A DNA stretch of 40,959 bases, taken from the NCBI GenBank assembly GCA_964513865.1, contig CAZENX010000002.1:1-40959 (forward strand), written 5' to 3'. The notes under the pieces are model-generated. The model did not search any database, had not been told where the DNA came from, and saw only the letters and a list, made by a program, of their open reading frames with translations. Made by a program: the position numbers and the translations under genes. How positions within the stretch are numbered: the first letter of the stretch is position 1; each line of letters opens with the position of its first letter. The stretch is from an uncultured Methanosarcinales archaeon. Its GTDB lineage: Archaea > Nanobdellota > Nanobdellia > Woesearchaeales > PXDW01. This document shows positions 32,311 through 40,959 of the stretch, one piece after another.

Positions 32311-32925
32311 TTAGTTTTCTGTATTTTTTATTAATGTGAATTGATCTAAATAATTATGGCCTTTTACATTACCCATACGCATATCAAGTTCTGAATAATT
32401 TTGTGAGATACTGTAATCATTTACAACATTTTTAACAACTGGTGCTTTTTCCATTGTATCAATTAGAGGTTTACCTTCAACTTTTATCCCTAAATATTTA
32501 AAATCAAGTGCTTCAAAAAGCAAGCTAGCTACTCCATCTCCTTCTCTTTTGATATCATCAGCTCTTGCTCCTTGAGACCATTTGATACCTCTACGATATT
32601 TTTCCCATTCTTCTTCATTCATATTTCTGACTATTTCTGATTCTTTATATAATTCTTCTACAACATCCTTGTATATTCTAACTGCTTTTATCGCAGTTGG
32701 AACAAACTCAACTATCGTTTTCTTATCATAACCTAAATGGGGTTCTCCTATATTTTCTAAAAGATATTGTCTTATTTCATCCTCTTTTGATAATATCAAA
32801 TCTAAATCAAGACCTAATTTTTTTATATGTTCTTTTAGTTCAGAATAAAATTCTTCAAGAGTATCCTCTATACCAGAAGATGTAAATTCATCATCTTTAT
32901 TATCTTTATCCATGGTAGCCATCAA
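32311..32925 (-). CDS. Hypothetical acidic protein (204 aa)
   Basis: Long ORF with no recognised motif. Confidence 0.45.
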   Translation of the reverse strand: MMATMDKDNKDDEFTSSGIEDTLEEFYSELKEHIKKLGLDLDLILSKEDEIRQYLLENIGEPHLGYDKKTIVEFVPTAIKAVRIYKDVVEELYKESEIVRNMNEEEWEKYRRGIKWSQGARADDIKREGDGVASLLFEALDFKYLGIKVEGKPLIDTMEKAPVVKNVVNDYSISQNYSELDMRMGNVKGHNYLDQFTLIKNTEN

Positions 32926-32957
32926 ATATTCAAAGTTATATATAAATTTAACCCTTA

Positions 32958-33707
32958 TTACGAAGATAGAATTGATTTTATTTGCTTTACCGGTTCATCT
33001 GCTCTTGTTATATAAGACCCAATTACAAGGTTATTAGCTCCTGCCTTTACTACAACCGGAATAGTTTCTTCATTCATGCCTCCGTCAACCTGAATCATTA
33101 ATTTTTTATGTTTTTCTCTTAATTCTTTAATCTTATTGGTAACATTATCTGTATATTTTTGCCCTCCTGAACCTGATGAAACACTCATAAGCAGAACCAT
33201 ATCAAGCAAATCAAACATTTCTTCTTTTATATTCTCTAAAGAAGTATTTGGCTCTAAAGCTAACCCAACCTTAAAACCCTTATCTTTTATTTCCTTTAAT
33301 TTGTTGTAAACCAGTAATACGTTTTTTTTATTTATTTCCTTAAATTTATTAATCAAGTCATAATCTTTGCTATCATACTTTCCTAAACCTTTCCTGTAAG
33401 ATTCTATGTGTATTGTTATCATTGTATCTTTTTTATTCTCAACAATATTATTCAAAAATTCAATTAATTTGTCAGGCTCAGAAACCATCAAATGAAAATC
33501 AAACTTAACATAATCTTTAAATTTATTATACAATTCAGATAATGCCTCCTCAGAAAACTTATTCTTGTCAGGAATGAAAGGCTTTCTCATTATATCAATA
33601 TGAATCCATTCTATACCTGAAGATAATATTTTTCTAATCTTCTCAAAAGAATTTTCCAGATTAGGCTCGTATTCAAGAATCGACGGAGATATTATTATTT
33701 TATTCAT
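32958..33707 (-). CDS. Ribulose-phosphate 3-epimerase-like TIM-barrel protein
   Basis: ISPSILEY, IHIDIMRKPFIP, FHLMVSEP and QVDGGMNEETIPVVVKAGANNLVIGS match Rpe strand motifs. An insertion of about 30 aa is present. Confidence 0.65.
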   Translation of the reverse strand: MNKIIISPSILEYEPNLENSFEKIRKILSSGIEWIHIDIMRKPFIPDKNKFSEEALSELYNKFKDYVKFDFHLMVSEPDKLIEFLNNIVENKKDTMITIHIESYRKGLGKYDSKDYDLINKFKEINKKNVLLVYNKLKEIKDKGFKVGLALEPNTSLENIKEEMFDLLDMVLLMSVSSGSGGQKYTDNVTNKIKELREKHKKLMIQVDGGMNEETIPVVVKAGANNLVIGSYITRADEPVKQIKSILSS

Positions 33708-34254
33708 TTAAAATCTTTTTTATTACTTCATACTTATTTTTGGCAATTTCTTTTGCTTCAGGTATTGTTAATTTTTTCCAACAGGATTTATACTTCTCAA
33801 TTAACCATTCCCTTGCTGTTGGAATATTCTCTTTTCTGAGGTTATATGCAAAAAAAGCCAAATCTAAAAAGTTTTCAAAATGAGAAAGAGCATCAGCATT
33901 TGCAACAATCTTTGCTTCTTTTGTTTTAGGTGGATAATTTTCATCAGAAGAATGAGTTAAAATACATTCTTTTACTTTTTCAATTCTGTCTTTAGGATAA
34001 CCTAGATTTTTAAGTATCTGCTCAGCTTCTTCAGAACCAAGTACATGATGATTCTCTCTTATCCCCTCTTTAATCTTTATGATATCATGTAGCCATGCAG
34101 CAATTTCTACTATTTCTTCATCAGCATTTAATTTTTTAGCTAATATCTTTGAATATTTAACTACTGTCTCAACATGGTTTTTCCAATCCCATTTTTGATT
34201 TTTACATAAATCAATTACAATTGATTTTACCTTATCAATCATTTTATTCATCAT
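33700..34254 (-). CDS. HD-domain metal-dependent phosphohydrolase
   Basis: H...HD signature (NHVETV...AAWLHDIIK). The start could be 34254, 34251 or 34242. Confidence 0.7.
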   Translation of the reverse strand: MMNKMIDKVKSIVIDLCKNQKWDWKNHVETVVKYSKILAKKLNADEEIVEIAAWLHDIIKIKEGIRENHHVLGSEEAEQILKNLGYPKDRIEKVKECILTHSSDENYPPKTKEAKIVANADALSHFENFLDLAFFAYNLRKENIPTAREWLIEKYKSCWKKLTIPEAKEIAKNKYEVIKKILNE

Positions 34255-35119
34255 CTGTTCCCTGCATAGCAAGTATATCTTCAGTTGTTAGTTTCTCGCC
34301 ACGTTTCATCTTCTCTTCTGCTTCTCTTCTCTTACCCTCTAAAGTTTTTTCTTCTGCTTCTCTTTTCTTTTCTCTGAAATGTTCTTTTATTGCTTCTACT
34401 TTTCCGCTTATTTTGTTTAGCTCTTCTAACTTTGCTTTTAACTGTTCATTTAATTTTGCAAACTCTCCTTTCTTTTCATTGAATCTTCTATAAGCTTCTT
34501 TTTCTCTTTTCTTAAAAACATCAAACTGCTTTAATGATTTAATCATTAACTCATGATTCTCCTGGCTTTTCTTAGCCTTTTCCTGTATTTGTTTATGAGT
34601 ATTGTCAGCCTCTTTCTTCATGCTATCAATACTTTCAGAAAGTTTGTTAGCCTGTCCCTGCATCTCTATTACGGATTTAGATTCTGCCAGCTGCTTTTTT
34701 AAATTATTTATTATTTTCATAATCTCCTGCTCTTTTTTAAAAGAAAGAGCTTCTGTTTCTATCTTATACTCCAATTTTTCTATATCCTGTTTTATTTTAG
34801 AAGGCTCTTTTTTAATATGGTGTTTTTTTAGAAATAAAACCTTTTCTTTATTCAGGGTTTTTATATGAGAAATCTCTTTTCTTGCCTGGTCATTAAGCTG
34901 TCTTCTTTTTTCCTTCGAGTCACGCACTTCTTGGGTTAACTTATCGCGGTTTTCTTTTGAATCTTTTATTACGTTCCTTAACTTAGAAACCTCTTTTTTA
35001 TTTTCCTGGCTTTTTTCAAACCACGATTCCTTTACATTGTTGATTTCATTTAGTCTTCTCTGTAGCTGGATGATTTCCTTTTTAAGCAAACCAAATTTTG
35101 CACTGTCTCTGTTTGACAT
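34244..35119 (-). CDS. Archaeal coiled-coil protein (K/E-rich, COG1340-like)
   Basis: A 291-aa heptad-like K/E/Q-rich sequence throughout. Co-oriented with and immediately downstream of the stalk operon. Confidence 0.55.
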   Translation of the reverse strand: MSNRDSAKFGLLKKEIIQLQRRLNEINNVKESWFEKSQENKKEVSKLRNVIKDSKENRDKLTQEVRDSKEKRRQLNDQARKEISHIKTLNKEKVLFLKKHHIKKEPSKIKQDIEKLEYKIETEALSFKKEQEIMKIINNLKKQLAESKSVIEMQGQANKLSESIDSMKKEADNTHKQIQEKAKKSQENHELMIKSLKQFDVFKKREKEAYRRFNEKKGEFAKLNEQLKAKLEELNKISGKVEAIKEHFREKKREAEEKTLEGKRREAEEKMKRGEKLTTEDILAMQGTDDE

Positions 35120-35169
35120 ATCATACCACTCTTTTTATTGGGGTTGCCAATAAAAATATAATAAAAAAT

Positions 35170-35478
35170 CTATCCGAACAAACTTCCTAAACCAGCAGCA
35201 GCCTGTTCCTCTGATTTCTTGTCTTCTTCCTTTTTCTCTTCTTTCTTCTCTTGTTTTGCTTCTCCTTCTGCTTTAGCAGCTGGTGCTGCAGCTACCTGAA
35301 CAGCTGAAGCTTTTTCTATAGCTTCATCAATATTAACGCCTTCAAGAGCAGCAACCAAAGCCTTGACTCTGGCTTCATCTACCTTGACTCCTGCAGCAGT
35401 CAGCACCTTTTTAACAGATGCCTCATCTACTTTCTGCCCGGCTTTGTGCAAAAGCATTGCAGCATATACATATTCCAT
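35170..35478 (-). CDS. rpl12: Ribosomal stalk protein P1 (aL12)
   Basis: [12 protein letters not shown]-terminus, an Ala-rich hinge, an acidic tail and the conserved terminal GLGSLFG. Confidence 0.9.
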   Translation of the reverse strand: MEYVYAAMLLHKAGQKVDEASVKKVLTAAGVKVDEARVKALVAALEGVNIDEAIEKASAVQVAAAPAAKAEGEAKQEKKEEKKEEDKKSEEQAAAGLGSLFG

Positions 35479-35523
35479 TTTTCTTTCCTCCTTATAGTTG
35501 TTGAATAATGAATATAAATCTTG

Positions 35524-36834
35524 TTATTTTTTCTTTTGTATTCTTTCCTGAATCTTTTTCAGATTCTCTTCAGCTTTTTTCATGTCTTCCTCTGTCACTT
35601 CTTGTTTGGATTCAACTTTCTCTTCTTTAATATCTTCTAATTTTTCTTCTACCTTCTTTTCCTCTGCTTCTTTCTCTTCGGTTTTTTCAGGTTCTTCTGT
35701 AATCTCTTCTTTTGCCTCTTCACTTTCTTTAGTTTCCTTTTTTGGTTGTTCCTGTTCTTCTGTTTCTTCTTCCTTCTCTTTTTTTTGTTCTATTTTAGTT
35801 TCTTTCTCTTTTTCCTCCTTTGTTTCTTTTTTTGTAGTTTCTTCTTTCTTTTCAGGTTCTTTTATTTCTTCAACTTTTTCTTCTTCAATTTTTTCCTCTT
35901 TTGTTTCTTTAGGTTTCTCTTCTGTTTTGCTAGTTGCTTCTTTCACCTCTTCTTGTTTTTCTTTGACTTCTTCCATTTTCTTTTCCTCTTGTTTTTCAGG
36001 AATATTAAGTTTATTAGCTAAATCTTTCATTTGTGCCTCAGCTTTTGAAATCAGATTCTTTGTGGTTAAATCAGTAATTAAATCTTTGCTTATTGCTAAA
36101 TTTTTAGAATCATTAAATGCCTTTGATAATAAAAACTGAATATTGTCTTTGGTTATATATCCTGCCTCTAAAGCTAAATTAAAAACAGCTCTTGCAGCAT
36201 TTTGAATGTCTGCCAGATACTTTGATTCATCTATTGCCAAAACATCTTTTTTGAAGATATCTCCATTTTCATATACAGCTATTATATTTAAACCAATCTC
36301 CATTGGTTCTATACCTAATCTTGTCAAAACCTTTGCTTTATCCTCTGTTATAACTTCCCCTTCTTTTGCCACCAAAGAATCCTCTTTTATAGCCACTTTC
36401 CCGTTTTCTATACCAGCTTTAATTCCTGCCTGTCCTAACTCTCCTATAATTGGTCCAGGTGCAAATCCTGTCGGACCTGCTGGAACTACGATATCCTTAG
36501 GAGCTTTCTGTCCTGGTTTTGCAGCTGCCTTGGATTTGCTTTTTTCCAAAAGCTTATATAATTTGAAAGGGTTCTCTTTTGAGAATATCAAAGCAGGCAT
36601 TCCTTCTAAATAAGGTTCAATCTCTTTTATCTTCTCTTTTGAGGATTTTTCTATTGCTAATTTTAATAACCTTCTCTTTGTCATTTTTATGACTATTGTA
36701 TCCCTTAAAGAAGACACCATCTGCTGTAATTGTTTTGCTGGCAGATTTTCCATATTTACAGCTGCTATAATCGGATAAGTATCTATTAATTTACTAAAAT
36801 CTTCTACAGTTTTTTTCTTTTGTTCTGATGTCAT
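35524..36834 (-). CDS. rplP0: Ribosomal stalk protein P0 (uL10) with a long K/E-rich C-terminal extension
   Basis: The uL10 core has YPIIAAVNMENLPAKQLQQM, GMPALIF, PAGPTGFAPGPIIGELGQAGI and GIEPMEIGL. The last 150 aa or so are EEKK/ETKE low complexity ending KKIQERIQKKK. Confidence 0.85.
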   Translation of the reverse strand: MTSEQKKKTVEDFSKLIDTYPIIAAVNMENLPAKQLQQMVSSLRDTIVIKMTKRRLLKLAIEKSSKEKIKEIEPYLEGMPALIFSKENPFKLYKLLEKSKSKAAAKPGQKAPKDIVVPAGPTGFAPGPIIGELGQAGIKAGIENGKVAIKEDSLVAKEGEVITEDKAKVLTRLGIEPMEIGLNIIAVYENGDIFKKDVLAIDESKYLADIQNAARAVFNLALEAGYITKDNIQFLLSKAFNDSKNLAISKDLITDLTTKNLISKAEAQMKDLANKLNIPEKQEEKKMEEVKEKQEEVKEATSKTEEKPKETKEEKIEEEKVEEIKEPEKKEETTKKETKEEKEKETKIEQKKEKEEETEEQEQPKKETKESEEAKEEITEEPEKTEEKEAEEKKVEEKLEDIKEEKVESKQEVTEEDMKKAEENLKKIQERIQKKK

Positions 36835-36835
36835 T

Positions 36836-37483
36836 TTATATTATCCTTATTGGTTTGCCCATTGTTAATTTGATGTAAGCAGAGCTTATGTTATGCTTTT
36901 CATTTGGTAAGTGATGTATAAGCTGGTCATAGATTGTTTTTATATTATCTATAATCTCTTCATCTTTCATCTCTTCGTTTCCAGCTATGCAATGAACTAC
37001 TGGCGAGGTTTTTGCAGAAATTTTTATAGTTTTTTGCAGTTTTTTATATAAAGGTTCTAAGCTGGCAGTTGGAGGAACTATGCAACCTGCTTTAGGGTTT
37101 GGCATCTTTCCTTTTGGTCCTAAAACCTTACCGAAAGATGTTGCTATCTGGGGCATAATATTTGCCTGAGCTATAAAGAAATCATATTCTTTTGCCAGCT
37201 TTTTTGCTAATTTTTTATCTTTCTGGTATTTCTCAAACTCTGATTGTAAAATAACAGAATCACATATCCCTTTTGCATTCTTTGCTAATTCAGGACCAAC
37301 TAAAGCACATATCTTGGTTTTTTTGCCTTTTGAAAAATGTAATTGCATGAAGAATTCTATCTGAGCTTCTGTCTTTTTCATATCAAGGTTCTTTAGATTA
37401 ATAATTAAGTCAAAAGTCTGCTTAAAATTTCTTTTAGATTCTCGTGCTTTTGTCAAAGCTTCTTTTAATTTCGCATTGTCCAT
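36836..37483 (-). CDS. rpl1: Ribosomal protein uL1
   Basis: FDLIINLKNLDMKK, GKVLGPKGKMPNPKAG and the gene order L1-P0-P1. GGAGGG (SD) lies 5 nt upstream of the ATG (37489..37494 on the plus strand as ccctcc). Confidence 0.85.
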   Translation of the reverse strand: MDNAKLKEALTKARESKRNFKQTFDLIINLKNLDMKKTEAQIEFFMQLHFSKGKKTKICALVGPELAKNAKGICDSVILQSEFEKYQKDKKLAKKLAKEYDFFIAQANIMPQIATSFGKVLGPKGKMPNPKAGCIVPPTASLEPLYKKLQKTIKISAKTSPVVHCIAGNEEMKDEEIIDNIKTIYDQLIHHLPNEKHNISSAYIKLTMGKPIRII

Positions 37484-37574
37484 TTCTACCCTCCTACCAA
37501 AGTAGTTATCGGGATTTCTATGCCTGAGAAAATAGTAGCTATTTATAAATATAACTGTTTTTCTTAATAATACA

Positions 37575-38273
37575 ATGAAAAAATATACAAAAGATATAGG
37601 TTTTGCTTTAATTATAAGAAAAAAACCAATTGATAGTTATTTAGTTGATGTGTTTAAGAATGCTTATTCTATAAACAAGAGATTTTTTAAAAAAACACCA
37701 AAAAAATTTAAAATTATTATATGCGATAATGAAGAAGAATTCAAAAAAGAGGCTAAGTATGAGTATAGGAAGTATATTACCGGTACTGTTCTAAGAAACA
37801 ATAATTTAGTAATGAGAAGTCTTGGTTTTGTTCTTAAAATAGGAAGGTGGGATAAAAATGGATATAAAAATCTTGTTAATCACGAGGTAAATCATGCTTT
37901 CTGGTGTAGTTTATATAAAACTTGGAATCCTATATGGTTAGTTGAAGGTTTGGCAAATTATATTGGAACAAATTTCATTCTAAAAAGAAAAGAGTTAGCT
38001 AAAGTGATAAAAGAATATAAGGTTAATTCTTCTATTTTAAATTACAGGCCTTTGGTAAGATATTTTAAAGAAGGACACTATCCTAGATATCCTGTCTGGA
38101 GTAATTTTACAGATTATATTGCAAAAAGATATTCTGCTAACAAACTAATAAAATTAATGAACGAATTTTCTAAAAATCCCACAAAAAAGAATTATATAAT
38201 TATATTCAAGAAAATATTTGGCAAAAGTGATAAAGAAATGTTTAATGATTTTATTAAGTTTTTAAGATGCTAA
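37575..38273 (+). CDS. Zinc metallopeptidase, MA clan (Peptidase_MA_2-like)
   Basis: HExxH as NHEVNHAFW, followed by WLVEGLANYIG (the third ligand Glu region). Confidence 0.6.
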   Translation: MKKYTKDIGFALIIRKKPIDSYLVDVFKNAYSINKRFFKKTPKKFKIIICDNEEEFKKEAKYEYRKYITGTVLRNNNLVMRSLGFVLKIGRWDKNGYKNLVNHEVNHAFWCSLYKTWNPIWLVEGLANYIGTNFILKRKELAKVIKEYKVNSSILNYRPLVRYFKEGHYPRYPVWSNFTDYIAKRYSANKLIKLMNEFSKNPTKKNYIIIFKKIFGKSDKEMFNDFIKFLRC

Positions 38274-38681
38274 CAGAACCATAGCTGCTAATGCTAATAT
38301 TATCCCAATACCTTGCTTTAATGTAACTGGCTCTTTTAATATTATAAAACTAAGAATTATAGCAATTAATGGATACAATGCAGTCATTGTAACTACAACT
38401 GAGGCTTTTCCTTTAGCCAAGGCATAAAAAAAGAATATTCCTCCTAAACCACCTGCTAAACCTGCTAATATTGCAATAATTATTCCTTTAGTATGTATAA
38501 CCGGACTAAATTTTACCCAACATAGAACTCCCAAAACAACAATGGTGCCACCGACTGCCTGAAATATAACTAGACTCTTGGGGTCAAGATATTTAGTAGC
38601 TAATTTAGGAAGAAAAGCCCAAATACCCCAGAGAAATAATGCAAATAGTCCATATATAAACCAGTCATTCATTTTGCGCAT
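38262..38681 (-). CDS. EamA-domain (DMT superfamily) small membrane transporter
   Basis: 139 aa with 4-5 TM segments and Gly-rich helices (LAGLAGGLGGIFFFYALAKG), as in single EamA repeats. Confidence 0.6.
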   Translation of the reverse strand: MRKMNDWFIYGLFALFLWGIWAFLPKLATKYLDPKSLVIFQAVGGTIVVLGVLCWVKFSPVIHTKGIIIAILAGLAGGLGGIFFFYALAKGKASVVVTMTALYPLIAIILSFIILKEPVTLKQGIGIILALAAMVLLAS

Positions 38682-38725
38682 CTTGAATTAAGTAGTGGTT
38701 TTATCTTATAAAGGTTTCTTTTTCA

Positions 38726-39349
38726 TTATCCAGCTATAACAGATATCTCTCCAAAATCACATATCTTACAGGTAGCATCTAGCTCTATCCAATCAGTTCC
38801 TTTTATTTTGTAGCCTTCTCTTGCTTGTGGGAGATAAATCTTATTATAAACATGATTAGGTTTAAAGATAAATTCTGTTTTTACTCCAATAGCTTCCATT
38901 AAATTTGCAAGAAGAACTGCATGGTCATCACAATCTCCTCCTTTTGTTATCAATGTCTCTTTAGCACCTTTTACATATTCATATGGAGGATCACTTATGT
39001 AGATGATATTGTTTCTAACAAAATAATATATTGCCTTTGTTTGACAAATTTTATTAGAGTCGCAACCGTAAGAAGCTATCTTATCTGCTATCATCTTAAT
39101 TTCCTGGTCATTTGGATTTACTAATTTATAATAATCACTTCTTGTTGAAATATTTATCCTGTTTTCTGGCATTAAGTCAGCAGAAACAACCTCTTCAATA
39201 GAAGGTATATCTTTTGGTTCAGGATCTAGCTTAACAGCATAATAAGGTATTACCATTAATACAACCAATAATAGTAATATTATGGCTAAAATTATCCTTA
39301 AAGGCGTCCACCATGGTTTTGGTTCTTCTTTTTCTTCAATTTTCTCCAT
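38726..39349 (-). CDS. Transglutaminase-like cysteine protease domain protein, membrane anchored
   Basis: N-terminal TM (ILAIILLLLVVLMVI). Core motif KGGDCDDHAVLLANLMEAIGV (catalytic Cys) with downstream H and D. Confidence 0.65.
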   Translation of the reverse strand: MEKIEEKEEPKPWWTPLRIILAIILLLLVVLMVIPYYAVKLDPEPKDIPSIEEVVSADLMPENRINISTRSDYYKLVNPNDQEIKMIADKIASYGCDSNKICQTKAIYYFVRNNIIYISDPPYEYVKGAKETLITKGGDCDDHAVLLANLMEAIGVKTEFIFKPNHVYNKIYLPQAREGYKIKGTDWIELDATCKICDFGEISVIAG

Positions 39350-39408
39350 TTTAGCTTAATAATTTAAAAAAGTTTATAAATTATTTGTAATTTTACACAT
39401 ATATCAAA

Positions 39409-40095
39409 ATGGAAAATATACCTGAACATCTGGGGATAATTGTTGATGGCAATAGGAGGTTTGCTAAACGCTTAAATCAGGATCCAAAAAAAGGTCATGA
39501 ATATGGAGCAAAGAAATTAGGGGATGTATTAAAATGGTGCAAGGAACTCGGTATTAAAAAGCTTACCTTGTTTATTTTTTCCCTTGAAAATTTTCATAGA
39601 CCAAAGGAAGAATTTGATTATCTGATGAATATTTTCAGAAAGGAATTTGATAAGCTAAAGGATGATAAAAGATTACAGGACCTTAACATTAAGGTAAGAG
39701 TCATAGGAAGAATTGAGCTTTTCCCAAAGGATATACAGGAAAAGATAAAAGAGGTTATGGAGAAAACAAAAGATAATGACAAATATGAGCTAAACTTTGC
39801 TTTTGGTTATAGTGGAAGAGCAGAGATAGTGGATGCAACAAAAAAGATAATACAGGGAAAACTGAGACCAGAGGATATAGACGAGAAAAGCTTTGCAGAA
39901 TATCTTTACCTAAATGATGATGTTGATTTAATCATAAGAACTTCAGGAGAAAAAAGAACCTCTGGTTTCCTGCTATGGCAGGGCTCTTACGCAGAGTATG
40001 TTTTTGTAAATAAGTTATGGCCAGAGTTTGAAAAAGAGGATTTTGTAAAAGCCATTAAAGATTATTCTGGAAGGGAAAGAAGGTTTGGGGGGTAA
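39409..40095 (+). CDS. uppS: Cis-prenyltransferase (undecaprenyl/dolichyl diphosphate synthase family)
   Basis: HLGIIVDGNRRFA, FSLENFHRP, IRTSGEKRTSGFLLWQ and ERRFGG. Confidence 0.9.
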   Translation: MENIPEHLGIIVDGNRRFAKRLNQDPKKGHEYGAKKLGDVLKWCKELGIKKLTLFIFSLENFHRPKEEFDYLMNIFRKEFDKLKDDKRLQDLNIKVRVIGRIELFPKDIQEKIKEVMEKTKDNDKYELNFAFGYSGRAEIVDATKKIIQGKLRPEDIDEKSFAEYLYLNDDVDLIIRTSGEKRTSGFLLWQGSYAEYVFVNKLWPEFEKEDFVKAIKDYSGRERRFGG

Positions 40096-40917
40096 TTATA
40101 TTTCTTTTATTTTATTATAAACTTCGTCTATCAATATTTTAGGAGTAGAAGCTCCAGCAGTAATACCAACTTTTCTTACATTATCAAACCATTCTTCTTT
40201 TAACTCTTTGTAGTTTTCAATATGCTTTGTTTCTATGTTTTTTGAGCATACATCAAACAATTTTTTTGTGTTATTGCTTTTTTTAGAGCCTATAACTATC
40301 ATTAAATCAACTTTTTTAGCAATTTCTTTTGCTTCACTTTGTCTTTCTTTTGTTGTTGGACAAATTGTATCATAACAAACAACTTCTTTTGCTGTTGTTT
40401 TTATTTTTTCCATTATCTTATTAACCTTATCAACATCTTCAGTTGTTTGCACTACAATACCTATTTTCTTGTCTTTTAGTTTTATTATATCTTCATTATT
40501 CTCAATCACAATATAATTCTTTAGGTTACCTATAATTCCTTTAACTTCTGTATGCTCTGCCTTTCCTATCACTGCAACGAGATATCCTTTTTTTTCAAGC
40601 TCTTTTGCTATTTGATGAACTTTCGCAACCAAAGGGCAGGTAGCATCAATTATATTGATACCTCTACTTTTTGCTTCTTCTTTTATATGATTAGGAACAC
40701 CATGTGCAGAGATAACTACATTTTTAGTATCTGCTTCTTCTAAAGCATTGATGCTTTTTATCCCTTTTTTTATTAAACTATCTACAACATATTCATTATG
40801 AATAAGGCTGCCAAGAATATTTATTTTTGATTTCTTGCTTTCTTCTACAATATTAAGTGCTCTTTCTACCCCAAAACAAAATCCAGTATTTTTTGCTAGT
40901 ATTATTTCTCTAAACAT
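40096..40917 (-). CDS. ispH: 4-hydroxy-3-methylbut-2-enyl diphosphate reductase (IspH/LytB family)
   Basis: The three cluster cysteines sit in family context: NTGFCFGVERA, ATCPLVAKVH and DTICPTTKERQ. Also HNEYVV. The likely start is MFREIILAK (40917) rather than the track's TTG at 40938. Confidence 0.8.
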   Translation of the reverse strand: MFREIILAKNTGFCFGVERALNIVEESKKSKINILGSLIHNEYVVDSLIKKGIKSINALEEADTKNVVISAHGVPNHIKEEAKSRGINIIDATCPLVAKVHQIAKELEKKGYLVAVIGKAEHTEVKGIIGNLKNYIVIENNEDIIKLKDKKIGIVVQTTEDVDKVNKIMEKIKTTAKEVVCYDTICPTTKERQSEAKEIAKKVDLMIVIGSKKSNNTKKLFDVCSKNIETKHIENYKELKEEWFDNVRKVGITAGASTPKILIDEVYNKIKEI

Positions 40918-40959
40918 TTCTTTCGAGTATAAAATCAATTAATTCTTTTAATTTACTAA

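Noticed and set aside
35582-36613. Plus-strand ORFs 35582..36139, 35746..36021 and 36206..36613
   Set aside because: They are antisense shadows of the P0 gene (K/E-rich tail and Gly/Pro-rich core). The P0 reading has clear family motifs.
1-40959. CRISPR arrays, IS elements or transposases, integrases, rRNA genes
   Set aside because: I saw no regularly spaced direct repeats outside coding low-complexity regions, no transposase- or integrase-like ORFs, and no rRNA-like GC-rich structured segments. The only mobile-element-like gene is the LAGLIDADG ORF.

Overview
This is a very AT-rich, tightly packed archaeal chromosome fragment. Gene content (TFS, Rpo7/RpoE', Spt4, eS24, eS27ae, uL1/P0/P1 stalk operon, class I CCA-adding enzyme, Taw1, Sec11-type signal peptidase) and a small-genome style with split or fused genes suggest a DPANN-like lineage. 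That lineage call is inference. I support about 55 protein genes and 2 tRNA genes. I saw no rRNA, CRISPR array or transposase.

Main observations:
1. Adjacent tRNA-Asn(GUU) and tRNA-Ile(GAU) genes each carry two introns, four in about 240 bp. Two sit at non-canonical positions (30/31 and 59/60), and I folded their bulge-helix-bulge motifs by hand. A free-standing double-motif LAGLIDADG endonuclease gene lies directly upstream. A Hel308/Ski2-like helicase gene lacking its whole RecA1 half lies directly downstream.
2. A deoxypyrimidine supercluster (9965-17321) holds a P-loop kinase::dCMP deaminase fusion, a 520-aa tandem-domain ThyX, GlyA, an MtrA-like (corrinoid-binding type) domain fused to a ThyA-fold domain, Tmk and Dut. 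It therefore has two unrelated thymidylate-synthase folds in one operon, one with a candidate cobalamin domain. This is my best candidate for an undescribed system.
3. A small accessory islet (27530-30370) encodes an Rx4H HEPN protein plus three membrane or zinc-ribbon proteins. A separate wHTH-MNT/HEPN toxin-antitoxin-like pair is also present.
4. The ribosomal stalk is unusual: P0 carries a K/E-rich tail of about 150 aa and lacks the conserved C-terminal peptide that P1 keeps.
5. A bacterial-type IspH sits next to UppS in an archaeal context.
6. A long sequon-dense surface protein missing from the ORF track is translationally coupled to a tiny HTH ORF.

All functional calls rest on motifs read by eye and remembered family signatures. 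No database search was run.
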